Source of the DNA: an uncultured bacterium
GTDB taxonomy: Bacteria > Fidelibacterota > Marinisomatia > Marinisomatales > JAHJCW01
NCBI GenBank assembly: GCA_964634215.1
Contig: CAZWKR010000001.1
Location: forward strand, 128,603-192,602
Direction: 5' to 3'
DNA length: 64,000 nucleotides
In this document: piece by piece, positions 30,563 through 40,267 of the stretch
How the letters are laid out: each line of letters starts with the position of its first letter
How positions within the stretch are numbered: position 1 is the stretch's first letter
Notes under the pieces: model-generated
The model's input: only the letters and a program-made list of their open reading frames with translations
The model's database searches: none
What the model was told of the DNA's origin: nothing
Translations under genes and position numbers: made by a program

Positions 30563-30591
30563 AAAAGCCCCGTTTATACGGGGCTTTTTTT
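30563..30591 (+). terminator. Rho-independent terminator
   Basis: aaaagccccg / tttata / cggggctttt followed by a T-run, directly after the OMP gene. Confidence 0.85.
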
Positions 30592-30689
30592 AAGTCTATT
30601 CCATACAAATTATATAGTAATACAAGACCTAAGGGTCATAAATTTTATAATTATTAAACCATGTTTTTAATTCATTTTGGAGTAAAATA

Positions 30690-31478
30690 ATGTCTCATAT
30701 AAAAACTGAATTATATCCGGAAGCTGCATCGCGGAAGAGCAAAACAAGCGAAGCATATCGCAAAGCAAAAAGAGCTACGAGAAATGAGTGGATTAGTGGC
30801 CTTACCGGCGCATTTCTTGCGATGTTTATTTGCGGTCATTTAATATTGGAAAGCAGTATCTTGTTAGGCAAGGAGGCATACCAATGGACCGTGCATTTAC
30901 TAGAAGTCACACTTCCGATTGCAAAACCCATTGTAATATTAATTACAATAGTCTTTTTTATTCATTTTGTATGGGCGAGTCGCAAAATACCTGGGAAATT
31001 AGAAGACAGAAAACGGATGATGGAACTTGGAAAAAAGATTAAAGGTTCAAAAAAATTGTGGAATCAGGATAAAAAATTAGAAACTAGCTTAACAGGACAT
31101 TTTGAAACATCTCTATGGATTTGGCAGGTTCGTACTGGAATGATCGTTCTTGCTACAGGAGCTTTCCATTTAATTTTGGTGGCCTGGAATATTTTTACAG
31201 ATATGGGCGTTATCGGTCAAGAGCCGGGATTATCAGTGGAGGTGGCTACGTCGCGCGTAGAAAGTGGATTGTGGATATTATATGCAGTGTTAATGTTTGC
31301 TGTCGTCGCCCACATGGCGATAGGAGTTTATAGATTATTAGTAAAATGGTTCGCTGATACTTGGTTTATTAGAAAGTATTCAAGGTTTATATTTTATTTT
31401 TTATTTTGGTTCTATATAATTCTAGGCATTGCTACAACCGTTGCTTTAGCCGGTCCTTGGGAGGGAATATTGTCATGA
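30690..31478 (+). CDS. sdhC: Succinate dehydrogenase / fumarate reductase cytochrome b subunit (single large membrane anchor)
   Basis: 262 aa and about 5 TM helices. Four TM-embedded His (FICGHLIL, FFIHFVW, GAFHLIL, VVAHMAI) are consistent with a diheme type-B anchor. ATGA overlap with sdhA. Confidence 0.75.
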   Translation: MSHIKTELYPEAASRKSKTSEAYRKAKRATRNEWISGLTGAFLAMFICGHLILESSILLGKEAYQWTVHLLEVTLPIAKPIVILITIVFFIHFVWASRKIPGKLEDRKRMMELGKKIKGSKKLWNQDKKLETSLTGHFETSLWIWQVRTGMIVLATGAFHLILVAWNIFTDMGVIGQEPGLSVEVATSRVESGLWILYAVLMFAVVAHMAIGVYRLLVKWFADTWFIRKYSRFIFYFLFWFYIILGIATTVALAGPWEGILS

Positions 31479-33418
31479 AAGTTATAACAAGCGATGTATT
31501 GGTAATTGGAGCAGGACTGGCTGGCGAAAGAGCAGCAATAGCATGTGCAAAAGAAGAACAAGAAGTAATCATTTTATCATTAGTCCCTCCACGCCGAAGC
31601 CATTCGTCGGCAGCACAAGGCGGAATGCAGGCATCTTTAGGAAACTCGATCAAAGGAAAGGGCGACAATCCAACGATTCATTGGTTAGATACTGTAAAAG
31701 GATCTGATTGGGGTGCAGATCAAGAAGTCGCTCGAATTTTTGCTGATAATGCACCAATCGCAATGCGCGAAATGGCACATTTTGGTGTTCCATGGAATCG
31801 AGTAGAAGCAGGTCCTAAGGATGTATTTATTAAAGGGAAAAAAGCAACAATTGTAGAAGAAAAAGAGAAGGAAGGACTTATTACTGCTCGTGCTTTTGGT
31901 GGTACTGCAAAATGGCGAACTTGTTATACCTCTGATGGAACGGGACATACAGTTTTATATACAATGGATAATATGGTCGTTCAGTTGGGGATTCCCGTTC
32001 ATGACCGTATGGAAGCATTACAGCTAATACATGCAGATGGACGTTGCTATGGTGCCGTTGTTCGTTCGTTACGGGATGGTGAAATCATAACATATTTAGC
32101 CAAATCAACCATTATTGCAACAGGCGGATACGGTAGGATTTATGGTGAATCAACCAATGCGGTCATTAATGAAGGAACAGGTTCTTGGCTGGCACTGCAA
32201 ACAGGTGTAGTTCCATTGGCAAATATGGAAGCAGTTCAATTTCATCCAACAGGTATCGTACCAACAGATATTTTAGTAACGGAAGGTTGCCGTGGAGATG
32301 GTGGAATATTATTAGATGTTGACGAGTATCGGTTTATGCCGGACTATGAACCAGATAAACAAGAATTGGCTTCGCGAGATGTTGTGTCTCGTAGAATGAA
32401 AGAACATATGCTAAAGGGTAAAGGTGTTAAATCTCCATATGGTGAGCATTTATGGATGGACTTGAGACATCTTGGAAAGGAACATCTTACAACCAAGCTC
32501 CGTGAAGTATTTGACATTTGTATGTATTTTATTGGGGTAAATCCAATAACGGAATTAATCCCCGTACGTCCAACTCAACACTATTCAATGGGCGGTATTC
32601 GGGTAAACAAGGATGGCCATGCATACAATTTAGAAGGTCTTTTTGCGCTTGGAGAAGTTGCCTGCTGGGATATGCATGGATTTAATAGGCTTGGCGGAAA
32701 TTCTTTGGCGGAAACAGTTGTAGCGGGTATGGTTGTTGGTAAGGAAGTGGCTGAATACACTAAAAAAGCGTCGCTTAAAGCTGATAAAACTTTAGCAGAA
32801 CAATTTGCAAAAAAGGAACAAGACAAAACCGCTAAGCTATTGAACAATCCCGAAGGAGAAAATGTTTATAAATTGCGTGATGAAATCGCAAATGTATTAA
32901 ACAAACATGTTCATATATTTAGGACTGAAGAGGGATTAACAAAAGGCGCAAAGGAATTATTAGATATTGTAAGACGAACAAAAAATGTTAAAGTACAATC
33001 TAGTGCACCCGGAATGAATCCCGAATTGTCTACGGCCTTACGAATTGAGGGAATGGCGAAACAAGCTTATTTGATTGCAAAAGGCGGCTTGGACAGGACA
33101 GAGTCGCGCGGAGCACATAGTCGTGAAGATTATCCTAAACGAGATGATGCTAAGTGGTTAAATCGAACATTAGCTCGTTGGCCCGATCACGAGGGAGAGC
33201 CGGAGTTTACGTATGAGCCGGTAGGCTTATTAGACTTACCACCTGGTTATCGAGGATATGGAGATGATCTTAGAGAAGATATGAAGATGTCTATTGATGA
33301 CTATAATAAAAAAATCCCTGGTGAACAAAAACAACATGGTAGGTTAGAAACATCAGAACCAATTGGAACAAAATTGCCAAAAGAAATGTGGAAAAGCGAA
33401 GTTAAGGAGGGGAAATAA
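31475..33418 (+). CDS. sdhA: Succinate dehydrogenase / fumarate reductase flavoprotein subunit
   Basis: VLVIGAGLAGERAA, covalent-FAD His block RSHSSAAQGG, FHPTG, and active-site TEGCRGDGG and ESRGAH. Start set to the ATG at 31475, since the track start at 31406 is inside sdhC. Confidence 0.93.
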   Translation: MKVITSDVLVIGAGLAGERAAIACAKEEQEVIILSLVPPRRSHSSAAQGGMQASLGNSIKGKGDNPTIHWLDTVKGSDWGADQEVARIFADNAPIAMREMAHFGVPWNRVEAGPKDVFIKGKKATIVEEKEKEGLITARAFGGTAKWRTCYTSDGTGHTVLYTMDNMVVQLGIPVHDRMEALQLIHADGRCYGAVVRSLRDGEIITYLAKSTIIATGGYGRIYGESTNAVINEGTGSWLALQTGVVPLANMEAVQFHPTGIVPTDILVTEGCRGDGGILLDVDEYRFMPDYEPDKQELASRDVVSRRMKEHMLKGKGVKSPYGEHLWMDLRHLGKEHLTTKLREVFDICMYFIGVNPITELIPVRPTQHYSMGGIRVNKDGHAYNLEGLFALGEVACWDMHGFNRLGGNSLAETVVAGMVVGKEVAEYTKKASLKADKTLAEQFAKKEQDKTAKLLNNPEGENVYKLRDEIANVLNKHVHIFRTEEGLTKGAKELLDIVRRTKNVKVQSSAPGMNPELSTALRIEGMAKQAYLIAKGGLDRTESRGAHSREDYPKRDDAKWLNRTLARWPDHEGEPEFTYEPVGLLDLPPGYRGYGDDLREDMKMSIDDYNKKIPGEQKQHGRLETSEPIGTKLPKEMWKSEVKEGK

Positions 33419-34143
33419 TGGAACGGACATTAAAGTTTAAAATATTTAGATATAATCCAAATATTGAAAATGACAAACCGCACGTTGAAACTTTTGAATT
33501 GAACGAAACACCGCGCCTTAACGTTTTTACTGCATTAAACCGAATTCGCGAAGAGCAAGCGCCTGACTTAATGTTTGATTTTGTATGCCGTGCCGGAATC
33601 TGTGGGTCTTGCGCCATGATGATAAATGGAAGACCTACATTGGGTTGTCGTACGCTTACATCCGATTTGCCTGAAAGAATTGAACTGTATCCACTACCCT
33701 TCTTTAAAATGTTAGGGGATTTATCGGTTGATACCGGTATATGGTTCAGGGGAATTGCCGAACAGTTGGAATCTTGGATTCACACAGAAAAAGTATTTGA
33801 TCCAGATGCCGTAGAAGAACGCATGGATAATTCACTTGCTAATACAATCTATGAATCTGAAAGATGCATCGAGTGTGGTTGTTGTTTGGCGGGTTGTGCC
33901 ACAGCACAGGTTTACCCGGATTTTTTAGGTGCGGCCGGATTAAATCGTATAGGACGTTTTCTATTAGACCCACGTGATCAGCGAACCGACCAGGAATGGT
34001 TCGAACTTGTTTCAACTGATGAAGGAGTATTTGGATGTATTGGAATGATGGCTTGTGACGATGTATGTCCAAAAGAGCTACCTTTGTTAGAGGTGTTTTC
34101 CTACATTAGAAGAAAAATGAGTGCGGTACCACTAAAAAGATAA
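33418..34143 (+). CDS. sdhB: Succinate dehydrogenase / fumarate reductase iron-sulfur subunit
   Basis: 241 aa. 2Fe-2S block CRAGICGSCAMMINGRPTLGC, plus CIECGCCLAGC and C...CDDVCPK cluster motifs. TAATG junction with sdhA. Confidence 0.93.
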   Translation: MERTLKFKIFRYNPNIENDKPHVETFELNETPRLNVFTALNRIREEQAPDLMFDFVCRAGICGSCAMMINGRPTLGCRTLTSDLPERIELYPLPFFKMLGDLSVDTGIWFRGIAEQLESWIHTEKVFDPDAVEERMDNSLANTIYESERCIECGCCLAGCATAQVYPDFLGAAGLNRIGRFLLDPRDQRTDQEWFELVSTDEGVFGCIGMMACDDVCPKELPLLEVFSYIRRKMSAVPLKR

Positions 34144-34166
34144 TATACTAATTAATAGCGGTTATA

Positions 34167-34197
34167 AAAAGCCCCTGTTGTTTTGACAGGGGCTTTT
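34167..34197. terminator. Bidirectional terminator between sdhB and sodN
   Basis: aaaagcccctg / ttgttttga / caggggctttt with A/T runs on both sides, between convergent genes. Confidence 0.8.
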
Positions 34198-34210
34198 ATT
34201 TAACAAATGC

Positions 34211-34687
34211 TTAATGTTGGTGAAAATAACTCTCTTCAAAGGAAGAAACAGTTTCATTTAATTTATCTATTATATCTAAATCTGTAGATTGTTTTGCTTT
34301 CATAGAGTAAACCAATATTTGATGAAGTAGAGTTAGGTTTGTTATGTATTTTTCATACATTTCGTTATTTGAATCAATTAATTTTATTCTTTGATGTAGA
34401 AAATATTGACTCACAATATCTTGAATCTTTTTAGCGTGTTCATCTTTGTTTGTAACCCACCTCACAATCTGATTATAATTAATAGAATTTTCTTGAGATA
34501 GTAATTTTATCTGTTTCATTGATTTTTCAACTGTGCCAATATGTTCTTTAATCATTGCAATGCGAAGTGAATCTCCATAAATACCACAAGGTATTTCACA
34601 ATGGCCATACACAGTATTGCTTAAAAACAAAGTAAACAATAAAGTGATTATAGCTTTATTATAAGATTTAAATATTGATTTTTCCAT
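34211..34687 (-). CDS. sodN: Nickel-containing superoxide dismutase (NiSOD) precursor
   Basis: The Ni-hook HCEIPCGIY (consensus HCxxPCGxY) follows a 28-aa leader MEKSIFKSYNKAIITLLFTLFLSNTVYG. The downstream four-helix region aligns with Streptomyces SodN as I recall it. Start set to the ATG at 34687 (SD aaaggag); the longer track ORF crosses the tonB terminator. Confidence 0.88.
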   Translation of the reverse strand: MEKSIFKSYNKAIITLLFTLFLSNTVYGHCEIPCGIYGDSLRIAMIKEHIGTVEKSMKQIKLLSQENSINYNQIVRWVTNKDEHAKKIQDIVSQYFLHQRIKLIDSNNEMYEKYITNLTLLHQILVYSMKAKQSTDLDIIDKLNETVSSFEESYFHQH

Positions 34688-34741
34688 TTTAGGCTCCTTT
34701 GGTTGATAATAATTATATATAGTGTTAATTTTATTAAAAAC

Positions 34742-34769
34742 AAAAACCCTCACAAGTGTAAGGGTTTTT
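34742..34769 (-). terminator. Rho-independent terminator after tonB
   Basis: aaaaaccct / 10-nt loop / agggttttt. On the minus strand the hairpin is followed by gttttt. Confidence 0.7.
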
Positions 34770-34791
34770 GTTTTAGTTGTTTTTAATTTAA

Positions 34792-35418
34792 TTAGTTCTT
34801 CAAAGTGAAGTGAACTGGTATCGAAATCCAAACACCAACCGGACGATCACGTTGTTTGGCGGGTTTAAACCGTGTACGCATAATAGCCTCAGCCGCCGCT
34901 TCATCTAAGCCAGTGTTAGGAACACCTTTTAGGATTATTGTTTCCTCAACAATACCTTTGTCATTTATAAATGCCTGAACAATTACTGTTCCTTCAATAC
35001 CGGCTTCTTGAGCGATTTCTGGATACACAGGGTTAATTCCAGATCTTGCAACAGGCGGATCATCGTAAGGAATAAATCTTACACGCGGACCTGTATTGGT
35101 CGGTGGTGGTGGAGCATCACCCCATGCTTCAAAATCCTCAAGCTCTGTTTCAGCAATAGTAATGTCATCATCAAGATCTTCACTTTCAGATTCAATTGGA
35201 ACTGAAGGGCGCGATGGCGGTGGCGGGCTATCGGCCTGCCGTGTTTGAGGAATGTCTATTTGTTCAATCACAATTTCCTGATGTTGAAGAAATCCATCTT
35301 CCGCAATGAAGCGAGGGAATATCAAGAATGCAGCAATAAGAATAAGAACACCCACAAGCCCCATTATTCTAACAGTTAAGGGATATTGATCCTTCAAAAT
35401 ATGTATATGTTCAACCAT
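34792..35418 (-). CDS. tonB: Energy transducer TonB
   Basis: 208 aa. N-terminal TM anchor, Pro-rich spacer (PPPPSRPSVP, PPPPTNTGP), and a C-terminal TonB domain (YPEIAQEAGIEGTVIVQAFI...). Confidence 0.85.
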   Translation of the reverse strand: MVEHIHILKDQYPLTVRIMGLVGVLILIAAFLIFPRFIAEDGFLQHQEIVIEQIDIPQTRQADSPPPPSRPSVPIESESEDLDDDITIAETELEDFEAWGDAPPPPTNTGPRVRFIPYDDPPVARSGINPVYPEIAQEAGIEGTVIVQAFINDKGIVEETIILKGVPNTGLDEAAAEAIMRTRFKPAKQRDRPVGVWISIPVHFTLKN

Positions 35419-35420
35419 AA

Positions 35421-35831
35421 TTAATCCGTTGCTTGTAATGTTGCATAATTTAAAGCAAGAGCATCAGCCTTTCGCAATTCATTATGTATCCCAGAGATCA
35501 GCTTCATGCGAGATTGCTCATCCGCCTTAAGAGAAACAACAAGTTGAGGGTCTGCTGAACGTCTTTCATACATAATATGGCGTATATCATCAGTTTTAAA
35601 TAGCTTATCCTCAATCGAAACCAAACCCTCTTTTGATACCCAAACGTGCGTAGTGTGATTTTTAGATTTCAACTTTTCGATACGTACAGCTTTAGGCAGA
35701 TTTACAGGCAAACCGCTGAATTCTCTTAATACCGTAGTTACCATAAAGAAAATTAACAGCATAAATATAATATCCGGCATTGAGGCCGTTGGAATATCAC
35801 TTGACAGCTTAGTCCTTTTCTCAAACTTCAT
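35421..35831 (-). CDS. exbD: Biopolymer transport protein ExbD/TolR
   Basis: 136 aa. N-terminal IPTASMPDIIFMLLIFFMVTT helix typical of ExbD. Confidence 0.85.
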   Translation of the reverse strand: MKFEKRTKLSSDIPTASMPDIIFMLLIFFMVTTVLREFSGLPVNLPKAVRIEKLKSKNHTTHVWVSKEGLVSIEDKLFKTDDIRHIMYERRSADPQLVVSLKADEQSRMKLISGIHNELRKADALALNYATLQATD

Positions 35832-36229
35832 AATTGAGTCTCCGCAATTGAAATACGAGTAGCATTTGCCATTTTTAGTTGATCTATTACAGCAATATAA
35901 TCTTTATATTTAGTTTTTTCGTGAGATTTTACTGAAATAATCAATTTATTATTCTCTTGTATCTTTTGTCGAATAACGCGATTAATATCACTGATTTTAG
36001 TCGGTTCATCACCAAGCAATACTTGCCCTGTTGAATTGATCAAGCAGTTCAAGATATTCTTAGAACTAACTTCAACTTGCTCACCCTCTGCTGGCAAAAC
36101 TATTCCCAGACCCTTATCCATATCAATTGTTGTGGTGACCAGGAAAAAGATTAACAACAGGAAGGCAATGTCTGCCATTGAAGCCGTCGGGATTTCCCCG
36201 CCCTTAAACCTGCGTTTTTTCTTTGCCAT
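35828..36229 (-). CDS. exbD: Biopolymer transport protein ExbD/TolR (second copy)
   Basis: 133 aa. IPTASMADIAFLLLIFFLVTT. 4-bp overlap with the downstream exbD. Confidence 0.85.
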   Translation of the reverse strand: MAKKKRRFKGGEIPTASMADIAFLLLIFFLVTTTIDMDKGLGIVLPAEGEQVEVSSKNILNCLINSTGQVLLGDEPTKISDINRVIRQKIQENNKLIISVKSHEKTKYKDYIAVIDQLKMANATRISIAETQL

Positions 36230-36235
36230 AATATA

Positions 36236-36859
36236 TTACTTGGTTTTTGTCTTCATCTCCATTTCATAGAGATGGTCTACTAGTTGCATGGAGTTTTCTT
36301 CCATGTCTAACACTAGACGATCAATTCTTGAAACAAAGAAATTTTGCAATAATTGTATGATAATAGCAACAATTAGTCCGAATGCAGTAGTCAACAATGC
36401 TTGGGAGATACCACCGGCAACAACTGCTGGTGAAATGTTATTGGCAGCTTCGATTGAGTCGAAAGCTGTGATCATACCTGCAACCGTTCCGGTAAATCCT
36501 AACATAGGTGCAACGGTAACTACCAGGTTCAACCAAATCATATTCTTTTCCAAGAATGACATTTCAACAGTACCTGCATTCTGAATTGCTTTTTCAACTT
36601 CACCTAAGCCGCGATGACTTCGTGATAAACCGGCATGAAACACCTCAGAAACCGGCCCCCGTGTTTTATTACATAAATCGATAGCACCGTTAACTCCATC
36701 TGAATCTAATGTATCCCTTACCTCAGCAAAGAATTTTTTTGAATTAATTGATGACATCATCAAAGAATAGAATCTTTCAAGAGCAAACATGAGCCCAAAA
36801 ATAAGTAAGATCAAAATTGGCCACATAAATGCGCCACCGTCTACAAAGTATTCAACCAT
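36236..36859 (-). CDS. exbB: MotA/TolQ/ExbB proton channel protein
   Basis: 207 aa and 3 TM helices, with the conserved C-terminal block GISQALLTTAFGL. Confidence 0.85.
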   Translation of the reverse strand: MVEYFVDGGAFMWPILILLIFGLMFALERFYSLMMSSINSKKFFAEVRDTLDSDGVNGAIDLCNKTRGPVSEVFHAGLSRSHRGLGEVEKAIQNAGTVEMSFLEKNMIWLNLVVTVAPMLGFTGTVAGMITAFDSIEAANNISPAVVAGGISQALLTTAFGLIVAIIIQLLQNFFVSRIDRLVLDMEENSMQLVDHLYEMEMKTKTK

Positions 36860-36931
36860 TTATTCCTCCAGTATTAATAGAAATTGTCTGAAAAGTTAGT
36901 AAAATTAACAAAAAATTGTCAATGAATCTAA

Positions 36932-38542
36932 TTAATATTTTTTTAATTCCACAGTTTCTTTAAAACTATTGATAGCAGTTATAACTTGATTATCAGTTGG
37001 AAGCGTTATTTGATAATATTCATCACGCCCCCAAAGCGACGCAGCTACTTGTGCCTTAATACGTATTTTTATGTAATTGCTATCTTCAGTAATAGTCGGA
37101 CGATCAAATTCAATTTTTTCAGAAATTAAAAAAGACAAAAATTCTTCATATAATTTATCGGATAAAAACCAGGATGCAGTAAAATCTTCAAATGAAGAGA
37201 AATTATTTTTTATAGATTGTGAGTATTTTAATGCCCAGTTGAAAATAGGTCGGTTTGGATTAGTAATCAATGCTCGTGTTTCAGTAGAAATGCCGGATAT
37301 CCATGCAGACAATATGTCAGGTGTGATGCCTCCACCGCCATATACAACACGTCCATTTCTTGTAAAATGTTTTGGCCGAAGTTTCTTTAGCGAATCAACA
37401 ACCGCTTCACGATTCTCTATAAACATATCACTGTAATATTCGTAATCATGACCATTTTCATATTTTCTTTGTATAAGTCTACCGCTTGGAGTATAATATT
37501 GTGCGATAGTAATTCTTATCGCTGATCCGTCAATTAGTGAAATTTGTCTTTGGACAAGTCCCTTTCCAAAGGTTGTTTCGCCGACAATTATTCCACGATC
37601 TAAATCCTGTACTGCGCCTGCAACAATTTCACTAGCACTTGCTGAACCGCGATTAACTAAAACCACTAATGGAAATTCGCCGTTACCTTTTCTGGGATCG
37701 GCCATAAATACCTGCTCAAGTTCTTTTCGTTTTCCTTGGGTGTATACTAAGGTATCGCTTTTAGTGATGAATAAGTTGGAGATCTCGGCGGCTTGATTTA
37801 ACAACCCCCCACTATTATTTCGTAGATCCAATACTAAACGTTGCATTCCTTTTTGTGTTAATTCAGACATTGCAGACTTTACTTCGTATAGTGATGTAGC
37901 TGAGAAACGAGTAAGCCAAATATATCCGGTTTGACTATCAATCATAATGGCAGTTCTTACGCTGTATAAAGGTATATTATCTCGTACAATTATCACATCA
38001 AATGGTTCATTGATTCCAATGCGCTTAATTGTAACCGTGACACTGGTGCCTTTTTTACCACGCAAAGCTTTGAAGACACCCTCTTTGGTGATTCCAACTG
38101 CATCCTTGTCATTTATTTTTATGATTTGGTCGCCTGACAATAAGCCCACATGTTCTGAAGGACTATCTGCGACGGGTGCAATAACGGTTAAAACATCGTT
38201 AAGTATATCAAATTCAATCCCAATTCCCTGAAATTCACCTTTGAACTGTTCGTCAATTTCTTTTAACTCTTCTGCTGGAATATATACAGAATGAGGATCG
38301 AGTTCGTCTAAAACACCACTGATTGCACCATCCATTAGCTTTTCGAGCTCAACTGGTTCAAAATAGTCTTCGTCGATATAATTCAGTACATTTACAAGAA
38401 CATTAAGTTTGTTTTTTACTGCACTGTAGTCATCGTGTTTTTGCGAATAAATATTGTATAAAAAAACAACGCATATTAGCGAAACAATTATAACGCTTGT
38501 TGATATAATCGGTTTGCGGAGTGAAATTTGTTTAAAGTTCAT
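36932..38542 (-). CDS. ctpA: Carboxy-terminal processing peptidase (S41 family)
   Basis: 536 aa. N-terminal anchor, PDZ region (GLLSGDQIIKIND), catalytic Ser block GSASASEI and TFGKG. Confidence 0.88.
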   Translation of the reverse strand: MNFKQISLRKPIISTSVIIVSLICVVFLYNIYSQKHDDYSAVKNKLNVLVNVLNYIDEDYFEPVELEKLMDGAISGVLDELDPHSVYIPAEELKEIDEQFKGEFQGIGIEFDILNDVLTVIAPVADSPSEHVGLLSGDQIIKINDKDAVGITKEGVFKALRGKKGTSVTVTIKRIGINEPFDVIIVRDNIPLYSVRTAIMIDSQTGYIWLTRFSATSLYEVKSAMSELTQKGMQRLVLDLRNNSGGLLNQAAEISNLFITKSDTLVYTQGKRKELEQVFMADPRKGNGEFPLVVLVNRGSASASEIVAGAVQDLDRGIIVGETTFGKGLVQRQISLIDGSAIRITIAQYYTPSGRLIQRKYENGHDYEYYSDMFIENREAVVDSLKKLRPKHFTRNGRVVYGGGGITPDILSAWISGISTETRALITNPNRPIFNWALKYSQSIKNNFSSFEDFTASWFLSDKLYEEFLSFLISEKIEFDRPTITEDSNYIKIRIKAQVAASLWGRDEYYQITLPTDNQVITAINSFKETVELKKY

Positions 38543-38602
38543 AATATTTTAGTATTTAGTGGTAAAATGACAACATGAAATATAGCCACGCTTTATATCA
38601 TG

Positions 38603-39619
38603 CTAGTTTAAATGCTTTAGTATTTGTTTGAAGCCTTTTTTATCAACATTCATATTGATAGGAATTGAGTAAATTGGCAGATTGATTTCTGCAATTTTCA
38701 GAAAATCCTTTTCAGTGGTTAAAATCACATCAGCGCCTGTCATATTAAACTTATCTCTTATTTTTTGTATGTCTGATGGTGAATAATTTTTATGATCCCT
38801 GAAATTAATTGAATCAAGAATATGTATATTTAGACTTTGAACTGTTTTTTGAAATGATTCCGGGTCCCCCACTCCTGAAAACAACAACGCCTTCTTTCTA
38901 TTAAAATAATCAAGGCCGAGTTTATTGTTTTTATTATCCAAAAGATATGAAGAAGAAATTATATTCGCTTTAAACAATGGAAAGTCAACTGTATTTAGCC
39001 TTGCCATCAGTTTATTAGAGGGAGTAACAATATCACCTTTTGTAAGTAAAAGTAAATGCACACGTTTTAATGACCCCCAAGGTTCCCTAAAATTTCTGAA
39101 ACCAATTACTCGATTTTTAAATTTTGACATATTGCTGTTTACAAGTACTATATCAATATCTCTATAAATTTTACGATGTTGAAACCCATCATCTAGAATA
39201 ATGATTTCTGGATTAAATTTGTTTATTAAATATTTTCCACCACGTATACGATTTTCGTCAACTACGATAGGAATGCCTGAAAAACGTTTTGCCATGAGCA
39301 TAGGCTCATCACCAGAGATTTTCCAATCTGTCAAAATTGTTTTACCATCAGTAACAAGTTGAGTTCCGGTTGACTCCCTACCATACCCGCGGCTTAAAAC
39401 AGCCACAGTCTTATTTTGTTGCTGAAGAAACTTTGCGATTGCGATCACGGTAGGTGTTTTGCCGGTGCCACCAATTGTTATATTTCCAATACTAATAATC
39501 TTGCAAGGCAACTTTGTAGTTTTGAATAGTTTTATATCGTAAAGAAAATTTCTTATAGCGATAACCGATAGATAAATCATAAAAAGTGGAAATGAAATTA
39601 TATTTAGAATCATGTTCAT
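38603..39619 (-). CDS. lpxK: Tetraacyldisaccharide 4'-kinase
   Basis: 338 aa. P-loop GNITIGGTGKTP and DDGFQH motif. Confidence 0.9.
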   Translation of the reverse strand: MNMILNIISFPLFMIYLSVIAIRNFLYDIKLFKTTKLPCKIISIGNITIGGTGKTPTVIAIAKFLQQQNKTVAVLSRGYGRESTGTQLVTDGKTILTDWKISGDEPMLMAKRFSGIPIVVDENRIRGGKYLINKFNPEIIILDDGFQHRKIYRDIDIVLVNSNMSKFKNRVIGFRNFREPWGSLKRVHLLLLTKGDIVTPSNKLMARLNTVDFPLFKANIISSSYLLDNKNNKLGLDYFNRKKALLFSGVGDPESFQKTVQSLNIHILDSINFRDHKNYSPSDIQKIRDKFNMTGADVILTTEKDFLKIAEINLPIYSIPINMNVDKKGFKQILKHLN

Positions 39620-40263
39620 TAAACTAATTTCAAGCTTTTCGAAACTTTGTTATCTAAACTGTCAAGTTGGTTTTTTAATTTATTATTGCAGGCATTAAAA
39701 TCATCATTTATTGAAAAATACAGCGGCTTACCAAACGTTAATTCTATACGAGTAAACGGTTTTGTGACATAAAAAGTATCCCAGTTTGTAAAGCCCCAAC
39801 TACGGCGCGATCGACCCGCAACAGGTATAATCGGAATCCCGGTTTTTTGTGCTGCTCTCACTGTTCCTGGTTTCGGTATTTTAGCAGGACCCTTTGGACC
39901 GTCAGGCGTAATTGCAAAAACATTATTTGGTTTTGATAAAAATTCAACAATTTGCGGAAACACTTCACTGCCTCTTTGAGAGCTTGAGCCTCGTAAAAAT
40001 TTCCAACCTAATTTTTTTCCGACACTAACACCTAATTCCGCATCACGATGAAAACCTGCTAAAATATGGAAATGATATTTAGCCAATTTAAGATATGGAA
40101 TGAACATATTCCCATGCCAGTATGCAATGATAAATGAACTGTTTTTATTTAATAAATCTTCAACATGCTGAAATCCTGTGACTTTCCAACGACATGAACC
40201 GTATAGAAATCGAAGTAATAATGTTAATATAGAAATTTTAATATTATTTAAAAGATCGGTCAT
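39619..40263 (-). CDS. DUF374-type lysophospholipid acyltransferase-like protein
   Basis: 214 aa. The pattern AYWHG...ITPDGPKGP resembles the DUF374 family, which is commonly linked to Kdo-transferase and lipid A genes. 1-nt TAATG junction with lpxK. Confidence 0.65.
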   Translation of the reverse strand: MTDLLNNIKISILTLLLRFLYGSCRWKVTGFQHVEDLLNKNSSFIIAYWHGNMFIPYLKLAKYHFHILAGFHRDAELGVSVGKKLGWKFLRGSSSQRGSEVFPQIVEFLSKPNNVFAITPDGPKGPAKIPKPGTVRAAQKTGIPIIPVAGRSRRSWGFTNWDTFYVTKPFTRIELTFGKPLYFSINDDFNACNNKLKNQLDSLDNKVSKSLKLV

Positions 40264-40267
40264 TTTT

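Noticed and set aside
30830-31474. Alternative-frame ORFs inside sdhC (30830-31042, 31115-31333) and the extended sdhA start at 31406
   Set aside because: They are out of frame within a membrane-anchor gene whose own frame gives clean TM helices with heme-ligand histidines. The sdhA Rossmann fold begins right after the ATG at 31475, which forms an ATGA junction with sdhC.
34688-34831. 48-aa N-terminal extension of the sodN ORF in the track (start at 34831)
   Set aside because: The extension overlaps the tonB 3' end and runs across the tonB terminator hairpin. The internal ATG at 34687 has an aaaggag SD and gives a leader of plausible length ahead of the Ni-hook.
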